Source: an uncultured virus (IMG/VR IMGVR_UViG_3300035501_001058) (Duplodnaviria; Heunggongvirae; Uroviricota; Caudoviricetes). Taken from it: a stretch of DNA of 64,000 nt. A program made the translations under genes and the position numbers. Positions within the stretch are counted from its first letter, which is position 1; each line of letters begins with the position of its first letter. The notes under the pieces were generated by a model, which ran no database searches, was not told the DNA's origin, and was given only the letters and a program-made list of their open reading frames with translations. The DNA is taken from the IMG/VR virus record IMGVR_UViG_3300035501_001058. One strand, 5' to 3'. Below are positions 37,888-47,002 of this stretch, piece by piece.

Positions 37888-38721
37888 GTGATAGATGTGA
37901 ATAGCATGGATTGTTTCAGTAACAGAAAAGTTTTTAATACAAATAATTTAATAGAATTGCAAACAAACACTTCATCAAAAGGTAATCAAAAGAAATGGTA
38001 TGATCCTATTAATAAAATCTATGTTAAAGAGAGATTTTTATATCAAGATGTTTTTTGGAAAGATGATTTGGTTGAGATTATTGGCTCTAATATAGGTAAT
38101 CAATTAATGTTGAAAAATACCATAGTAATAAATCAAGAGTTAGCTGAAATTGTAGGTGAGGGTTATCATAGATTTGGTGTTTGCTCTAGGGATTTTAATA
38201 AAGATGGTTTTCGTTTTATTTCATTTGCTAAATTATCAAATATTGTAGGTGAAGAATTTCCTGAACATATTAGTTTAGAAGGCATGTGGGAGTTTATTTT
38301 AGACTTTTATGAAAGACACACTAAATTAGATTTACGGGAATATTTTATAGCTATGAGCATAATAGATTTTATAGTAGGAAATGAAGACAGACATTTTGGT
38401 AATTTTGGATGTTTAACTAATGATAAAGAATACAAAGTAGCTCCATTATTCGATTTCGGTTTAGGATTATTTGAACATGATAGAAGATATTTAGACATTC
38501 CTTTTATAATAGCAAAAAGAAAAATGTCATTTTTACCTTTCACAGTAGATGAAAAAAAAGTAATTGAATATCTTTCTAAAAGATATAATGTAGAGGATTT
38601 CCTGCCAAAATTTTTTGATTGTACTGATTTGGTTTTTCCGTCGGCAAATGCAATAGAATATTTTAAATATGCATCCAGTTATCTTGGGATAGAATTGAGG
38701 AATTTAAATGATAAGATATAA
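37888..38721 (+). CDS. HipA-like (HipA_C/CtkA-type) kinase toxin
   Basis: SSKGNQKKW; DFIVGNEDRHFGNFG; APLFDFG. Confidence 0.85.
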   Translation: MIDVNSMDCFSNRKVFNTNNLIELQTNTSSKGNQKKWYDPINKIYVKERFLYQDVFWKDDLVEIIGSNIGNQLMLKNTIVINQELAEIVGEGYHRFGVCSRDFNKDGFRFISFAKLSNIVGEEFPEHISLEGMWEFILDFYERHTKLDLREYFIAMSIIDFIVGNEDRHFGNFGCLTNDKEYKVAPLFDFGLGLFEHDRRYLDIPFIIAKRKMSFLPFTVDEKKVIEYLSKRYNVEDFLPKFFDCTDLVFPSANAIEYFKYASSYLGIELRNLNDKI

Positions 38722-39025
38722 TGATGTTGGTGGTATTATTATGAAAAATGATACACCATTAGTGGAGTTTAAATATAGGCAAAGCAGATTAATTAAAGTC
38801 AAGCTACTTACTGATGTAAACAACTTGCCTATAGAATATAAAGGTGTACTTAATAAATATCGTGCTACAGATTTATTTCTGCGGGATAGAATTACACCAC
38901 CTACTAGGCAGTTCATTAATGAAGATTTAAAAAAAGTTGGAATAGCATACTATGATCCTGATGCTATGTTAAAATTGAATAAAGGTAGAAACATGGAAGA
39001 TCAATATTGGGTTGATATGAAATGA
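38708..39025 (+). CDS. Putative partner resembling the HipA N-terminal (HipS-like) subdomain
   Basis: FL.DRI.P..R...L...G...D.YW pattern; overlaps the kinase gene. Confidence 0.6.
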   Translation: MIRYNDVGGIIMKNDTPLVEFKYRQSRLIKVKLLTDVNNLPIEYKGVLNKYRATDLFLRDRITPPTRQFINEDLKKVGIAYYDPDAMLKLNKGRNMEDQYWVDMK

Positions 39026-39026
39026 C

Positions 39027-39064
39027 TTTAGGGAAATCTAGTGTAAAAGCTAGGTTTCTTTTTT
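39027..39064 (+). repeat. Direct repeat B2 (conserved-core terminator)
   Basis: 38/38 identical to 37822-37859. Confidence 0.92.
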
Positions 39065-39099
39065 ATGCGTAAATAAACATTAGGAAGGAGGCACATTCA

Positions 39100-39660
39100 A
39101 TGACAGGAAAAACGCATGTATTAGGTGGTATGACATTTGCATTAGGAGGATTTCTCTGTATGAAAGCTGGAGGAATGCTTATACCAGATGTTGCAGAACC
39201 ACTTCAGTTAGGTATTATAATGCCATATGCGATTTGGTCTAGCACTTTACCAGACCTAGATCAAGCAAAAGAGTCTGTAGCACAATCAAGTCCTATCAAT
39301 TTAGTAATTCAAAAGATATTCACCCTAGTAGGAGCTGGACATAGAAGTGTGAAATCTCATGTTATCCCAATGTTAATTAGTTTGGTATTATATCTTGCTA
39401 TAGGATTTGGCTATTTATTACATGGATTTAATGGGACTGAGATAACTATTATAGGTTTAATGACATTAGGTATATTCTTAGGACTACTTAGTCATTTCAT
39501 CTTAGATATCATGACAAGAAAAGGTATTAAAGTTGGAGGTATTATAGTACGAGTTGTTCCAGATACAGATTTATTTGGAACAGGGACACTATATGAAAAT
39601 ATAGTTAGGAAGTGCTTATACATAATTGTTTGCATTTTCATAGTATTTTTATTTTTATAG
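39100..39660 (+). CDS. YdjM-like membrane metal-dependent hydrolase
   Basis: MTGKTH, LPDLD, HR...H and SHFILD..T..GI. Confidence 0.85.
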   Translation: MTGKTHVLGGMTFALGGFLCMKAGGMLIPDVAEPLQLGIIMPYAIWSSTLPDLDQAKESVAQSSPINLVIQKIFTLVGAGHRSVKSHVIPMLISLVLYLAIGFGYLLHGFNGTEITIIGLMTLGIFLGLLSHFILDIMTRKGIKVGGIIVRVVPDTDLFGTGTLYENIVRKCLYIIVCIFIVFLFL

Positions 39661-39671
39661 GAGGATAAAAC

Positions 39672-39971
39672 ATGGGATTTATTCCAAAGTTGGTACAAAT
39701 ACAAATATTACAATATTTATACGATAACAAAAAGGATTTGATACTAAAATCGGTATCTATAGGTGATTTAGTAACAGCCTTTGAAACAGACGAAGGTTTA
39801 ATAACTTTTAATTATAATGTAGTAAGAGCAGGAATATATGAGCTGGTTGATGTAGGACTTATAGCTGATGGAGTAAAAGTAGGTAATACATATACTTATT
39901 ATATTACTGAGAATGGAAAGAAGTATTTGTCTTTAGCTACAGGTACAGCAAATAGAAAGGGGTCTAAATAA
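39672..39971 (+). CDS. Winged-helix DNA-binding protein (TubR-like candidate)
   Basis: L...GLI..G.K......YYITENG wHTH pattern; stop overlaps the start of the tubulin-like gene. Confidence 0.65.
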   Translation: MGFIPKLVQIQILQYLYDNKKDLILKSVSIGDLVTAFETDEGLITFNYNVVRAGIYELVDVGLIADGVKVGNTYTYYITENGKKYLSLATGTANRKGSK

Positions 39972-41077
39972 TGAATAATGATTTTGGGTTTTTGTGTGTT
40001 GGACAAGCTGCTGGAAATATAGGCAGCTTGTTTGAGGAATTAGGTTATAATGTTTTGTTTATAAACACCTCACAGGAGGATTTAGATTTATTAAAAGATG
40101 CAAAGCATAAGTATCATGTTGAAGGAGGAGAAGGATGTGCAAAAGATAGAGATAAAGCAAAATCCTTGCTTGCTAATGATGTAGATACACTTGTACAACT
40201 AGTAAGAGATAAATTACCGCAGAAAATGATTTTTGCAATTTTTGCAAGTGGTGGAGGAACAGGTTCCGGTTTATCTCCTTTTCTTCTTAGTATTTTAAAT
40301 GATGAATTTAATAATGATGAATATAATCCAGAAAAGAGATTTTCCGCTATAACTATATTACCAAGTGATACAGAGCCTCTACAGCCAGCAATTAATAGTT
40401 ACAATTGTTGCAAGGAGCTGTTAGATATTGAAGGCTTAGGTAGTATTTTCTTTCTAGATAATAATAGTAGACTTGATAGATTTGCTATAAATAAGGCTTT
40501 TGTTAAGGGCTTGCATACAATTCTTTCTATACCTGAGGAGCATAAAAGTACAAAAGGTAATGTTGATAAAGCAGAAATAAAGAAGGTTCTTTTTGAAACT
40601 TCAGGTATGGCTTCTTTTGTCGTAACGAAAAGAGAAAGAGGAAGCGCACCAGAATTGATAAATGCTATGAAAGATACTATTTTTGCACCAGTCGATACCA
40701 GCGGGTCTGTTTTATACTATGTATTTAGTACAACACAGGAAATAGACAAGCAGGCAATAATGACAGAGTTCGGTGAGCCATTAGATACATTTTCAACATA
40801 CAATGATAAAGAAAATATTATGCTGATGACAGGTATGCAACCACCATACAATAGAATGAATGGTATTGCTGCTAGGGTTAAAAACAAGACAAATAAAATG
40901 GAGAATACATTAGATAATTTGTTAGATAATAAGCTTAGTGAAAGTATTGGTATTTCTACAAAGCCAAGAAGAAGAAAGAATGTCGTAGAGAAAATTGATA
41001 GTAGTACAGGTGAAGTAGTAAAGAAGAGCTCACCAAAACCAAATGCTAGAGATTTACTACAGCAGTATAGACGATAG
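39971..41077 (+). CDS. Tubulin/FtsZ-family GTPase (TubZ/PhuZ-like)
   Basis: GQAAGNI, INTS..D, GCAKDR, GGGTGSG signature, LDN and NVD.AE; basic C-terminal tail. Confidence 0.9.
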   Translation: MNNDFGFLCVGQAAGNIGSLFEELGYNVLFINTSQEDLDLLKDAKHKYHVEGGEGCAKDRDKAKSLLANDVDTLVQLVRDKLPQKMIFAIFASGGGTGSGLSPFLLSILNDEFNNDEYNPEKRFSAITILPSDTEPLQPAINSYNCCKELLDIEGLGSIFFLDNNSRLDRFAINKAFVKGLHTILSIPEEHKSTKGNVDKAEIKKVLFETSGMASFVVTKRERGSAPELINAMKDTIFAPVDTSGSVLYYVFSTTQEIDKQAIMTEFGEPLDTFSTYNDKENIMLMTGMQPPYNRMNGIAARVKNKTNKMENTLDNLLDNKLSESIGISTKPRRRKNVVEKIDSSTGEVVKKSSPKPNARDLLQQYRR

Positions 41078-41079
41078 AG

Positions 41080-41475
41080 GTGCTTATAATGGATGATACG
41101 GAATTTAAAAAACTACAGGATGGTTTACATGAGTATAACAAAGCTTGTATTGTTGTAAGAATTGGTGCAATAATTTTATTTGCAGTTATAGGTTACTGTA
41201 TTTGGATAATTGCTCAAAAGTCTGTTGATGCAAGCGATTTTACAGTTAAAAATCTATTTGTTGATTTCATACTGTGTGGAATTTTTATGATACTTGAGTT
41301 AATTTTTGCTATAGTTAATTTTATCAAGGCTTACTTTATAAATACATTAAAAGCAAATAGAGTAAAGGTATATAATGGAAAAAATCCTGAGAATTTGCTT
41401 CTTTTACCAGAAATTCATTCAGGGCAAGTACATTATGTTAATGGACCAGGTTTCAAGAAATATTTTATTTATTAA
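41080..41475 (+). CDS. Membrane protein (two TM helices)
   Basis: Two hydrophobic segments. Confidence 0.7.
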   Translation: MLIMDDTEFKKLQDGLHEYNKACIVVRIGAIILFAVIGYCIWIIAQKSVDASDFTVKNLFVDFILCGIFMILELIFAIVNFIKAYFINTLKANRVKVYNGKNPENLLLLPEIHSGQVHYVNGPGFKKYFIY

Positions 41476-41484
41476 AGAGGTATT

Positions 41485-42099
41485 ATGGAAGATAAAGATA
41501 CATTAAAATTATTAAAACTTATTGCTAGCGACAACTATAGATTGTCAGAGCAGATAGTAAATGGCTATATAGAGGTCACGCATAAGAAATGTGGTCATAA
41601 GTTTAGTTGTAGTATAAAGGATGCATCTTTATTTGGTTTTCATTGTAAACGCTGTGAAGACGCTAAGAAAAATATACTACTGAACAATTACCAGGAGATA
41701 GAGTCTATGGATTTATATAATAAGTGTATAGAACACTTACCAGATGATTATGTAATTTATGGTGATACTAATAGTCTTGAATCAGAGATAAGAGTTAGCT
41801 GGCCAGGTGGTGCAGATTTTAACATTGTGATTGGTGACTTACTGAGTAATAGGAATTTGCCAGATTGTTTATTACATAGAGATAGTGCTTTAAGCACTAG
41901 CATTCAACTTCAGATACTTGATAAACTTATAGATGATAAATTGGAAATACTAGATGATTTTAAAGAATTAACTGATGAAATTCGTATTAAGGATAATAAA
42001 AACGGAACTGTTACAAAAGAGACTGTTGCAGAATTAGTAGCAAATTTGCGAGAAAAAATTGATAAGAATAACGAGCAAAAAATCCAGCAATTCTTCTAA
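41485..42099 (+). CDS. Zinc-ribbon-containing protein
   Basis: HKKCGHKF...CKRC followed by degenerate repeats. Confidence 0.7.
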   Translation: MEDKDTLKLLKLIASDNYRLSEQIVNGYIEVTHKKCGHKFSCSIKDASLFGFHCKRCEDAKKNILLNNYQEIESMDLYNKCIEHLPDDYVIYGDTNSLESEIRVSWPGGADFNIVIGDLLSNRNLPDCLLHRDSALSTSIQLQILDKLIDDKLEILDDFKELTDEIRIKDNKNGTVTKETVAELVANLREKIDKNNEQKIQQFF

Positions 42100-42271
42100 T
42101 AACACATTAGAAGTCACAACAGTCTCAAGAGATAGTGTGTGCGATACTACTGTATCAATAGTTTCATATAAGGGGATTCAAAAAATAAGCACACAAACAG
42201 ATAGTTTTCGGGATATAAACGATATGAATAATCTTCACGATAGTGTCATAGCTAAGATATTAAAATCATTT

Positions 42272-42307
42272 AAGGGAGATAACTTTTAAAAGAGTTATCT
42301 CTTTTTT
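42272..42307 (+). terminator. Intrinsic terminator
   Basis: AAGGGAGATAACT...AGTTATCTCTTTTTT. Confidence 0.7.
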
Positions 42308-42371
42308 GTAAAAATCTCTAATCAAGTTGTAATCGGACTCGATTACAATAATTTTTAGAGGAGGTTAATCC

Positions 42372-44054
42372 ATGAGAGATTACCATGAAATTTTTTACAA
42401 GTGGAGACATGCATCTAACGAAGAATTAATGCAGTCTGATAATGCAGGAGCTAGAGTAGAACTTGCATTAAGAACAAATGAACCATCACTTAAAGCAGCA
42501 GCTATAGAGCAGATGGATTATGATTCCTACAACATTATAAGTGCAATTGAGCTACTGAAAGGAGACGACTTTAAAGAGAAAGTAATGTTATACGAATCAA
42601 TGCTTTTACCAGCTATAACTTTTAATTTGCAATTAGATCTAAAGTCTGAATTAGATGTTTTGCAATATGCGGTAAAGACATTATTACCTGTAGCAAATGG
42701 TTACTTAGAAAGCGTTATAAAACATTTAAACTTGCTAAGTACAAAAGTTCTTGTTAGAAATTCAAAAAATTATTTAAATCTTTTGAGATTACATTACACT
42801 GATTTCCAGATTTGCTACATAAATTACATGTGGTTTAAAGAAAAGGCAAGTGAAAGTAATTTACGTAAGCTTCAAAATAATTTACTTTATGTTTTATTTT
42901 GTCAAGAAAGTGAATTCACTAATGCGGAAAAAAATCTGATATTGGAAGTACTCTCAGAACATCCTAGATTTTATAGTGCATTAAAATGGTCAAGCTCATT
43001 CACAGAATTAGACGTCATTAACGATGAAAATTGGAAATGGTTATATTCACTGTGTTCTGAAGGAAAGCTGTCATATAGTTGTATTGCAGTAAATCCTATA
43101 CTTACATTTGAGGCACCAAGATTCAGATGTTTAGATTTCACAGAAAAACTTGAAGCAATAGATAGAAACTTGCCATGTGTAAATAACAAAATACAGCTTC
43201 ACACAATGTTAGCTGACTTAGAGTTTGAGGAATATCTAGATAATTTTGATAGAAAGTTGCCACTGGATACTATAACAGCTGCAATCAAGTTAGAAATTCT
43301 TACATTAGATGACTTAGATGAGAGTCAAAGAGAGTCTTACTTACAAGGAATAAAAACACATGAAGCTTTTGAATATCTTGTTACACATGAAGAATATCAG
43401 TCATTAAAAATAATACATGACACCAGTAGCTATTACTATTATGGTTTAAAGGATTCTGAAATGCGTAAGAGTTTTCTTAATGACGAAGAGTCAAGGCAAT
43501 TAATCACAATGATTCTGGATGCAGCTTATAAGGAAGATGATGGTAAGTTTTTAAGTTATCTTCTTACAATTTTAAGTGATCAGGATTGTACTAGATTATA
43601 TAGTAATGAATTATTACAAGAGATATTAGATAAATTACAAGAGATACCTAATCTAACTATAGGAAAGTACTACTTAACTAATATGTTTAATAATATACTA
43701 GGAGAGGAAGAAGCAAATATAAGATTAGCTAAGCTAGCAGAGCAGGCTGAACAAGAGAGATTAAAACGACTTGAGGAAAAAGCAGCTAAAGATATTAAGG
43801 AATTACATGACAATTTTGATAATACTATATCATTTGCAAATTTATGGAATAATTACAAGGATTTGCCTAGTTGGAAATATGAGGATTCTTTAAAATTAAA
43901 AGTATTAAAAGATACTCTTTATGCAAAATTAGCAATTTGGAAACCAGATGAATTCAGTGCGAAACTCATTGGTATTTTGATGAGCGAAGACGCACTCTCT
44001 TATGATGAATTCAAAGAGATAGTAATTAATTTACAGGAGGTTTGTAATGAATAA
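42372..44054 (+). CDS. Hypothetical helical protein
   Basis: 560-aa ORF, GAGGAGG RBS. Confidence 0.8.
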   Translation: MRDYHEIFYKWRHASNEELMQSDNAGARVELALRTNEPSLKAAAIEQMDYDSYNIISAIELLKGDDFKEKVMLYESMLLPAITFNLQLDLKSELDVLQYAVKTLLPVANGYLESVIKHLNLLSTKVLVRNSKNYLNLLRLHYTDFQICYINYMWFKEKASESNLRKLQNNLLYVLFCQESEFTNAEKNLILEVLSEHPRFYSALKWSSSFTELDVINDENWKWLYSLCSEGKLSYSCIAVNPILTFEAPRFRCLDFTEKLEAIDRNLPCVNNKIQLHTMLADLEFEEYLDNFDRKLPLDTITAAIKLEILTLDDLDESQRESYLQGIKTHEAFEYLVTHEEYQSLKIIHDTSSYYYYGLKDSEMRKSFLNDEESRQLITMILDAAYKEDDGKFLSYLLTILSDQDCTRLYSNELLQEILDKLQEIPNLTIGKYYLTNMFNNILGEEEANIRLAKLAEQAEQERLKRLEEKAAKDIKELHDNFDNTISFANLWNNYKDLPSWKYEDSLKLKVLKDTLYAKLAIWKPDEFSAKLIGILMSEDALSYDEFKEIVINLQEVCNE

Positions 44055-44184
44055 AGTATTAGAAAGATTAGAAATTATAAAATTAAGTAGAGAAGTAGTA
44101 GAAGCTGACACAGCTGGTGAGGATTCATCATTAGACTATGAGGATTTAGACTATGATGATGACTACGACGACTATGAAGAGTAA
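44047..44184 (+). CDS. Small acidic protein (45 aa)
   Basis: Read by eye: MNKVLERLEIIK...DYDDDYDDYEE*, AGGAGG RBS. Confidence 0.65.
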   Translation: MNKVLERLEIIKLSREVVEADTAGEDSSLDYEDLDYDDDYDDYEE

Positions 44185-44202
44185 ATAGAATGGAGGGATA
44201 CT

Positions 44203-44538
44203 ATGCTTAAGTATTCAGAAGAATATAAAAATAACTTGCAGTATGATTATGATAACTTGTGCGCATTAAGAGAACTCGTTTTAGAACGAGCTGGTGCAGG
44301 ACCTTATAACGATGAAGAGTTATTAATACTTGCAGATTATGAAGATGTTTGTAAAGAATATAGAAAAGTTTTTGAAAATAAAAAGTCTAGTGTCCCACTT
44401 TTCGAAAAGATAAAAAGTAAACGAAGGCTCCCAGCTAGTAAACGGGAGCCTGTTTACTGCGATACATGTGTACAAAATCTAAGACATTTAGACGCTTTAG
44501 ATTATGTTAGGATTGGTGGTGAAAATGATGCAGAATAA
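44203..44538 (+). CDS. Hypothetical protein
   Basis: ORF with GGAGG RBS. Confidence 0.7.
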   Translation: MLKYSEEYKNNLQYDYDNLCALRELVLERAGAGPYNDEELLILADYEDVCKEYRKVFENKKSSVPLFEKIKSKRRLPASKREPVYCDTCVQNLRHLDALDYVRIGGENDAE

Positions 44539-45076
44539 AAATATGCATATATTTGGAGACGATAACGAGGAAGCTCTATACGAGGAGCAGTCTTCTAATG
44601 CAGAGGGGTCAATATTTTTTTCCGATCGAGTAGCTGCTGATAAGCCACGAGCTAGAAAGGAAGAAACTAATACTTCTTACAAAGCAAATGCTAACAGTAA
44701 AAAAAGAACATACGGCTATGCTCCTAGAGAAGAAAAGAAATCAAGTGGAAATATTTTTTATTGTGACGGTGATGATTTAAGAGACTATCAAGATGTTAAA
44801 CATGAGAACAAGGTTAAACAACCGATAGCACAGCAACGTAATGTAATGCACAAGGTAGATAATCGTGAAACAGTTCAGAAGCCACCGGAATTTTCAAAAG
44901 AGCAAAATAGAAATTTTGCTCAACAGGTAACCATTTTAGTGCTAATTATTTTATGTATAGTTTTTATCTGTAGAAAAAATTATGCGTTTTCTGCAGTAGT
45001 ATCATTAGTAATAATAATGTGGATACTTAATTTCTTTACAGCAAAAAGAGGAAAGGATAATAAGAAAAGTGATTGA
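44525..45076 (+). CDS. Protein with a disordered N-terminus and two C-terminal TM helices
   Basis: Composition and hydrophobic segments. Confidence 0.7.
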   Translation: MMQNKNMHIFGDDNEEALYEEQSSNAEGSIFFSDRVAADKPRARKEETNTSYKANANSKKRTYGYAPREEKKSSGNIFYCDGDDLRDYQDVKHENKVKQPIAQQRNVMHKVDNRETVQKPPEFSKEQNRNFAQQVTILVLIILCIVFICRKNYAFSAVVSLVIIMWILNFFTAKRGKDNKKSD

Positions 45077-45905
45077 TAAAATAATTACGGGTTTGATCAT
45101 AATAATTGCTATAGTCATAGTTGTTACAATAATTATGATTATATCTGATTATAGAAAAAAGAAAAACAAAGTAGAGGAAGAATCTCCTCAAGGAATAGTA
45201 GTACCAGAGGAACCAATACAGCCACAAAGTTTACCATTTGGCAGTGTTGTTAATGCAACTGAACAAGATACAAAGAATGAAGCTATAATTGATTATGAGG
45301 CAGAAACCGATGTTTTGGTTGGGACAGACCCATCAATAATAGCAACAGCACAAAATGATGATTCTGTAATAGAAGTTTCATCACAAGTTGATACACAAAT
45401 AGCACAAACACAGATTAATGAAACTAGTTCAGAGATTGGATTTGTTGAAGATAAGACTAGTAATGCTAACACATACATAATGCTTTTAGAACGAATTGCA
45501 GATGAAATGAGTAAGCAAGCTATTGAAGAGGGTAGACTATTTATAAATTATCTTATTGACGAAATGCCTAATTTAAAGCAAGTAGATAACGTTTTTTATC
45601 TTCGCAATGAAGATGTTATTAGTACAGACGGTAATGTGCCATATATTGATGATAAGTTCATGATCAGAGCAGATTCAGATATTTTAATAAGATTTTGTGT
45701 AAATTTTTATTTACCTTTAGGAGTAATGCTTAAAGTATTAGCAGATGATAATTCGCTTACAGTTAAGGGTTTACAATTAATTGATATTATTGATAGTAAC
45801 AGTAACGTTACAAGTATTCGAGCTAAACTTCATGCAACTAAAGATACAGTTATTAGAAAAGATGAAGAATTATTTAGTGCAATCTTAGAAAAGGAGGAAA
45901 CATAA
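45069..45905 (+). CDS. Membrane-anchored protein with a possible degenerate dUTPase-like C-terminal domain
   Basis: N-terminal TM, acidic linker, LP.G..L...KGL...IIDS...I.K.E pattern. Confidence 0.55.
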   Translation: MIDKIITGLIIIIAIVIVVTIIMIISDYRKKKNKVEEESPQGIVVPEEPIQPQSLPFGSVVNATEQDTKNEAIIDYEAETDVLVGTDPSIIATAQNDDSVIEVSSQVDTQIAQTQINETSSEIGFVEDKTSNANTYIMLLERIADEMSKQAIEEGRLFINYLIDEMPNLKQVDNVFYLRNEDVISTDGNVPYIDDKFMIRADSDILIRFCVNFYLPLGVMLKVLADDNSLTVKGLQLIDIIDSNSNVTSIRAKLHATKDTVIRKDEELFSAILEKEET

Positions 45906-46280
45906 ATGACTACAGTAACTATAAAAGGAAAAAATTATAATGTAACCAAATTAATAAGAAGTGTTAACAATTACTTTAAACAATTTAATGTGAAGTACAA
46001 ATTAACTCAAATTGGCAGCTCATGGGCGGGTTCTAATGTGACAATAATACTAGATGTTTATGAATCCTCTAAAGAGCTATTGAAATTATTTGGTGATAAT
46101 ACTTCTTGCGTTGAGATAGTTGAAGAGACTCTCGACGCAATTTTAATTTATAAATCTGATATTGGAACTTTTTCATTTTGTTTAAGTGTAAGAGAATTCC
46201 CATTAGATACTGATTATGATTCATTTGAAGATAGTGAGTCATATCAGATGCGTATGCAGGAGGCAGGTGTTTTACTTTAA
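45906..46280 (+). CDS. Hypothetical protein
   Basis: AAGGAGG RBS. Confidence 0.75.
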   Translation: MTTVTIKGKNYNVTKLIRSVNNYFKQFNVKYKLTQIGSSWAGSNVTIILDVYESSKELLKLFGDNTSCVEIVEETLDAILIYKSDIGTFSFCLSVREFPLDTDYDSFEDSESYQMRMQEAGVLL

Positions 46281-46396
46281 TGTCAAATAAGGTTAGATAC
46301 TTAATAATGGTTTTAATAATCTTAATTCTAATTTTAATGGTTGTGTTACTTATTCAGTTTAAACTAGAGTCCTCACAACTTGTATACGTATCATAA
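46280..46396 (+). CDS. Small membrane peptide (38 aa)
   Basis: MSNKVRYLIMVLIILILILMVVLLIQFK...; TAATG coupling. Confidence 0.55.
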   Translation: MSNKVRYLIMVLIILILILMVVLLIQFKLESSQLVYVS

Positions 46397-46441
46397 GATT
46401 AATTAAAGTGTTTGCAAATAAATTAATTTTAGGAGATAGAA

Positions 46442-46990
46442 ATGAAAGATATAATTACGGAGTACATTAAGAGTTTACAACTAAAAGTTGTTTTAAGGTA
46501 CAAAATAATAAAAGGTGAATTAAGTTTATACCAGTGTGACGCAATTGATTATAATGATAAATATCACTCTATCCTAGTGGCATATAATTCTACTAGAATT
46601 TTCAGTATTAGTTCTAATAATTTAATAGGAGAGAAGCTTGATAATGCTGCTCTAGGGTGCTTAGAAAAGAATCATAGAGTCTTTGATAATCGTGAGGACT
46701 GGCTAAATGGTAGGTTTCCAGCAGTTACAGAACAAACATTAAAAAGATTTTGTAAAGGATTGTGTATAGAGAATAACCCCCTAGTTTATAATAAGTTTTC
46801 GTTAGATAGGATTATGATAACTCTTAATCCTATCTTTTCTTATGTAGTTTTCTATAAATTTAATAAAGTTGAACAACAACCTTTAATACTTGTAGATGGG
46901 CAGCTAACAGATTGTTCTAAGCTGTGGGATAAGGAAAGTGATTTTTATTATTTTATAGAACTTGTAGGTTTAAAACATTTAATTTCGTAA
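46442..46990 (+). CDS. Hypothetical protein
   Basis: AGGAG RBS. Confidence 0.75.
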   Translation: MKDIITEYIKSLQLKVVLRYKIIKGELSLYQCDAIDYNDKYHSILVAYNSTRIFSISSNNLIGEKLDNAALGCLEKNHRVFDNREDWLNGRFPAVTEQTLKRFCKGLCIENNPLVYNKFSLDRIMITLNPIFSYVVFYKFNKVEQQPLILVDGQLTDCSKLWDKESDFYYFIELVGLKHLIS

Positions 46991-47002
46991 TGGAGAAAAA
47001 GT

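Noticed and set aside
3459..39064. Repeated hairpins as a CRISPR array
   Set aside because: Copies are hundreds to thousands of bases apart with genes between them, stems differ, and no cas genes were seen
39971..41077. Cell-division ftsZ
   Set aside because: No dcw cluster, lacks the GGGG.N start and conserved C-terminal FtsZ peptide, and is paired with a wHTH gene
42059..42289. 76-aa ORF after the zinc-ribbon gene
   Set aside because: TTG start inside the previous gene with no clear RBS; may be real but is unsupported
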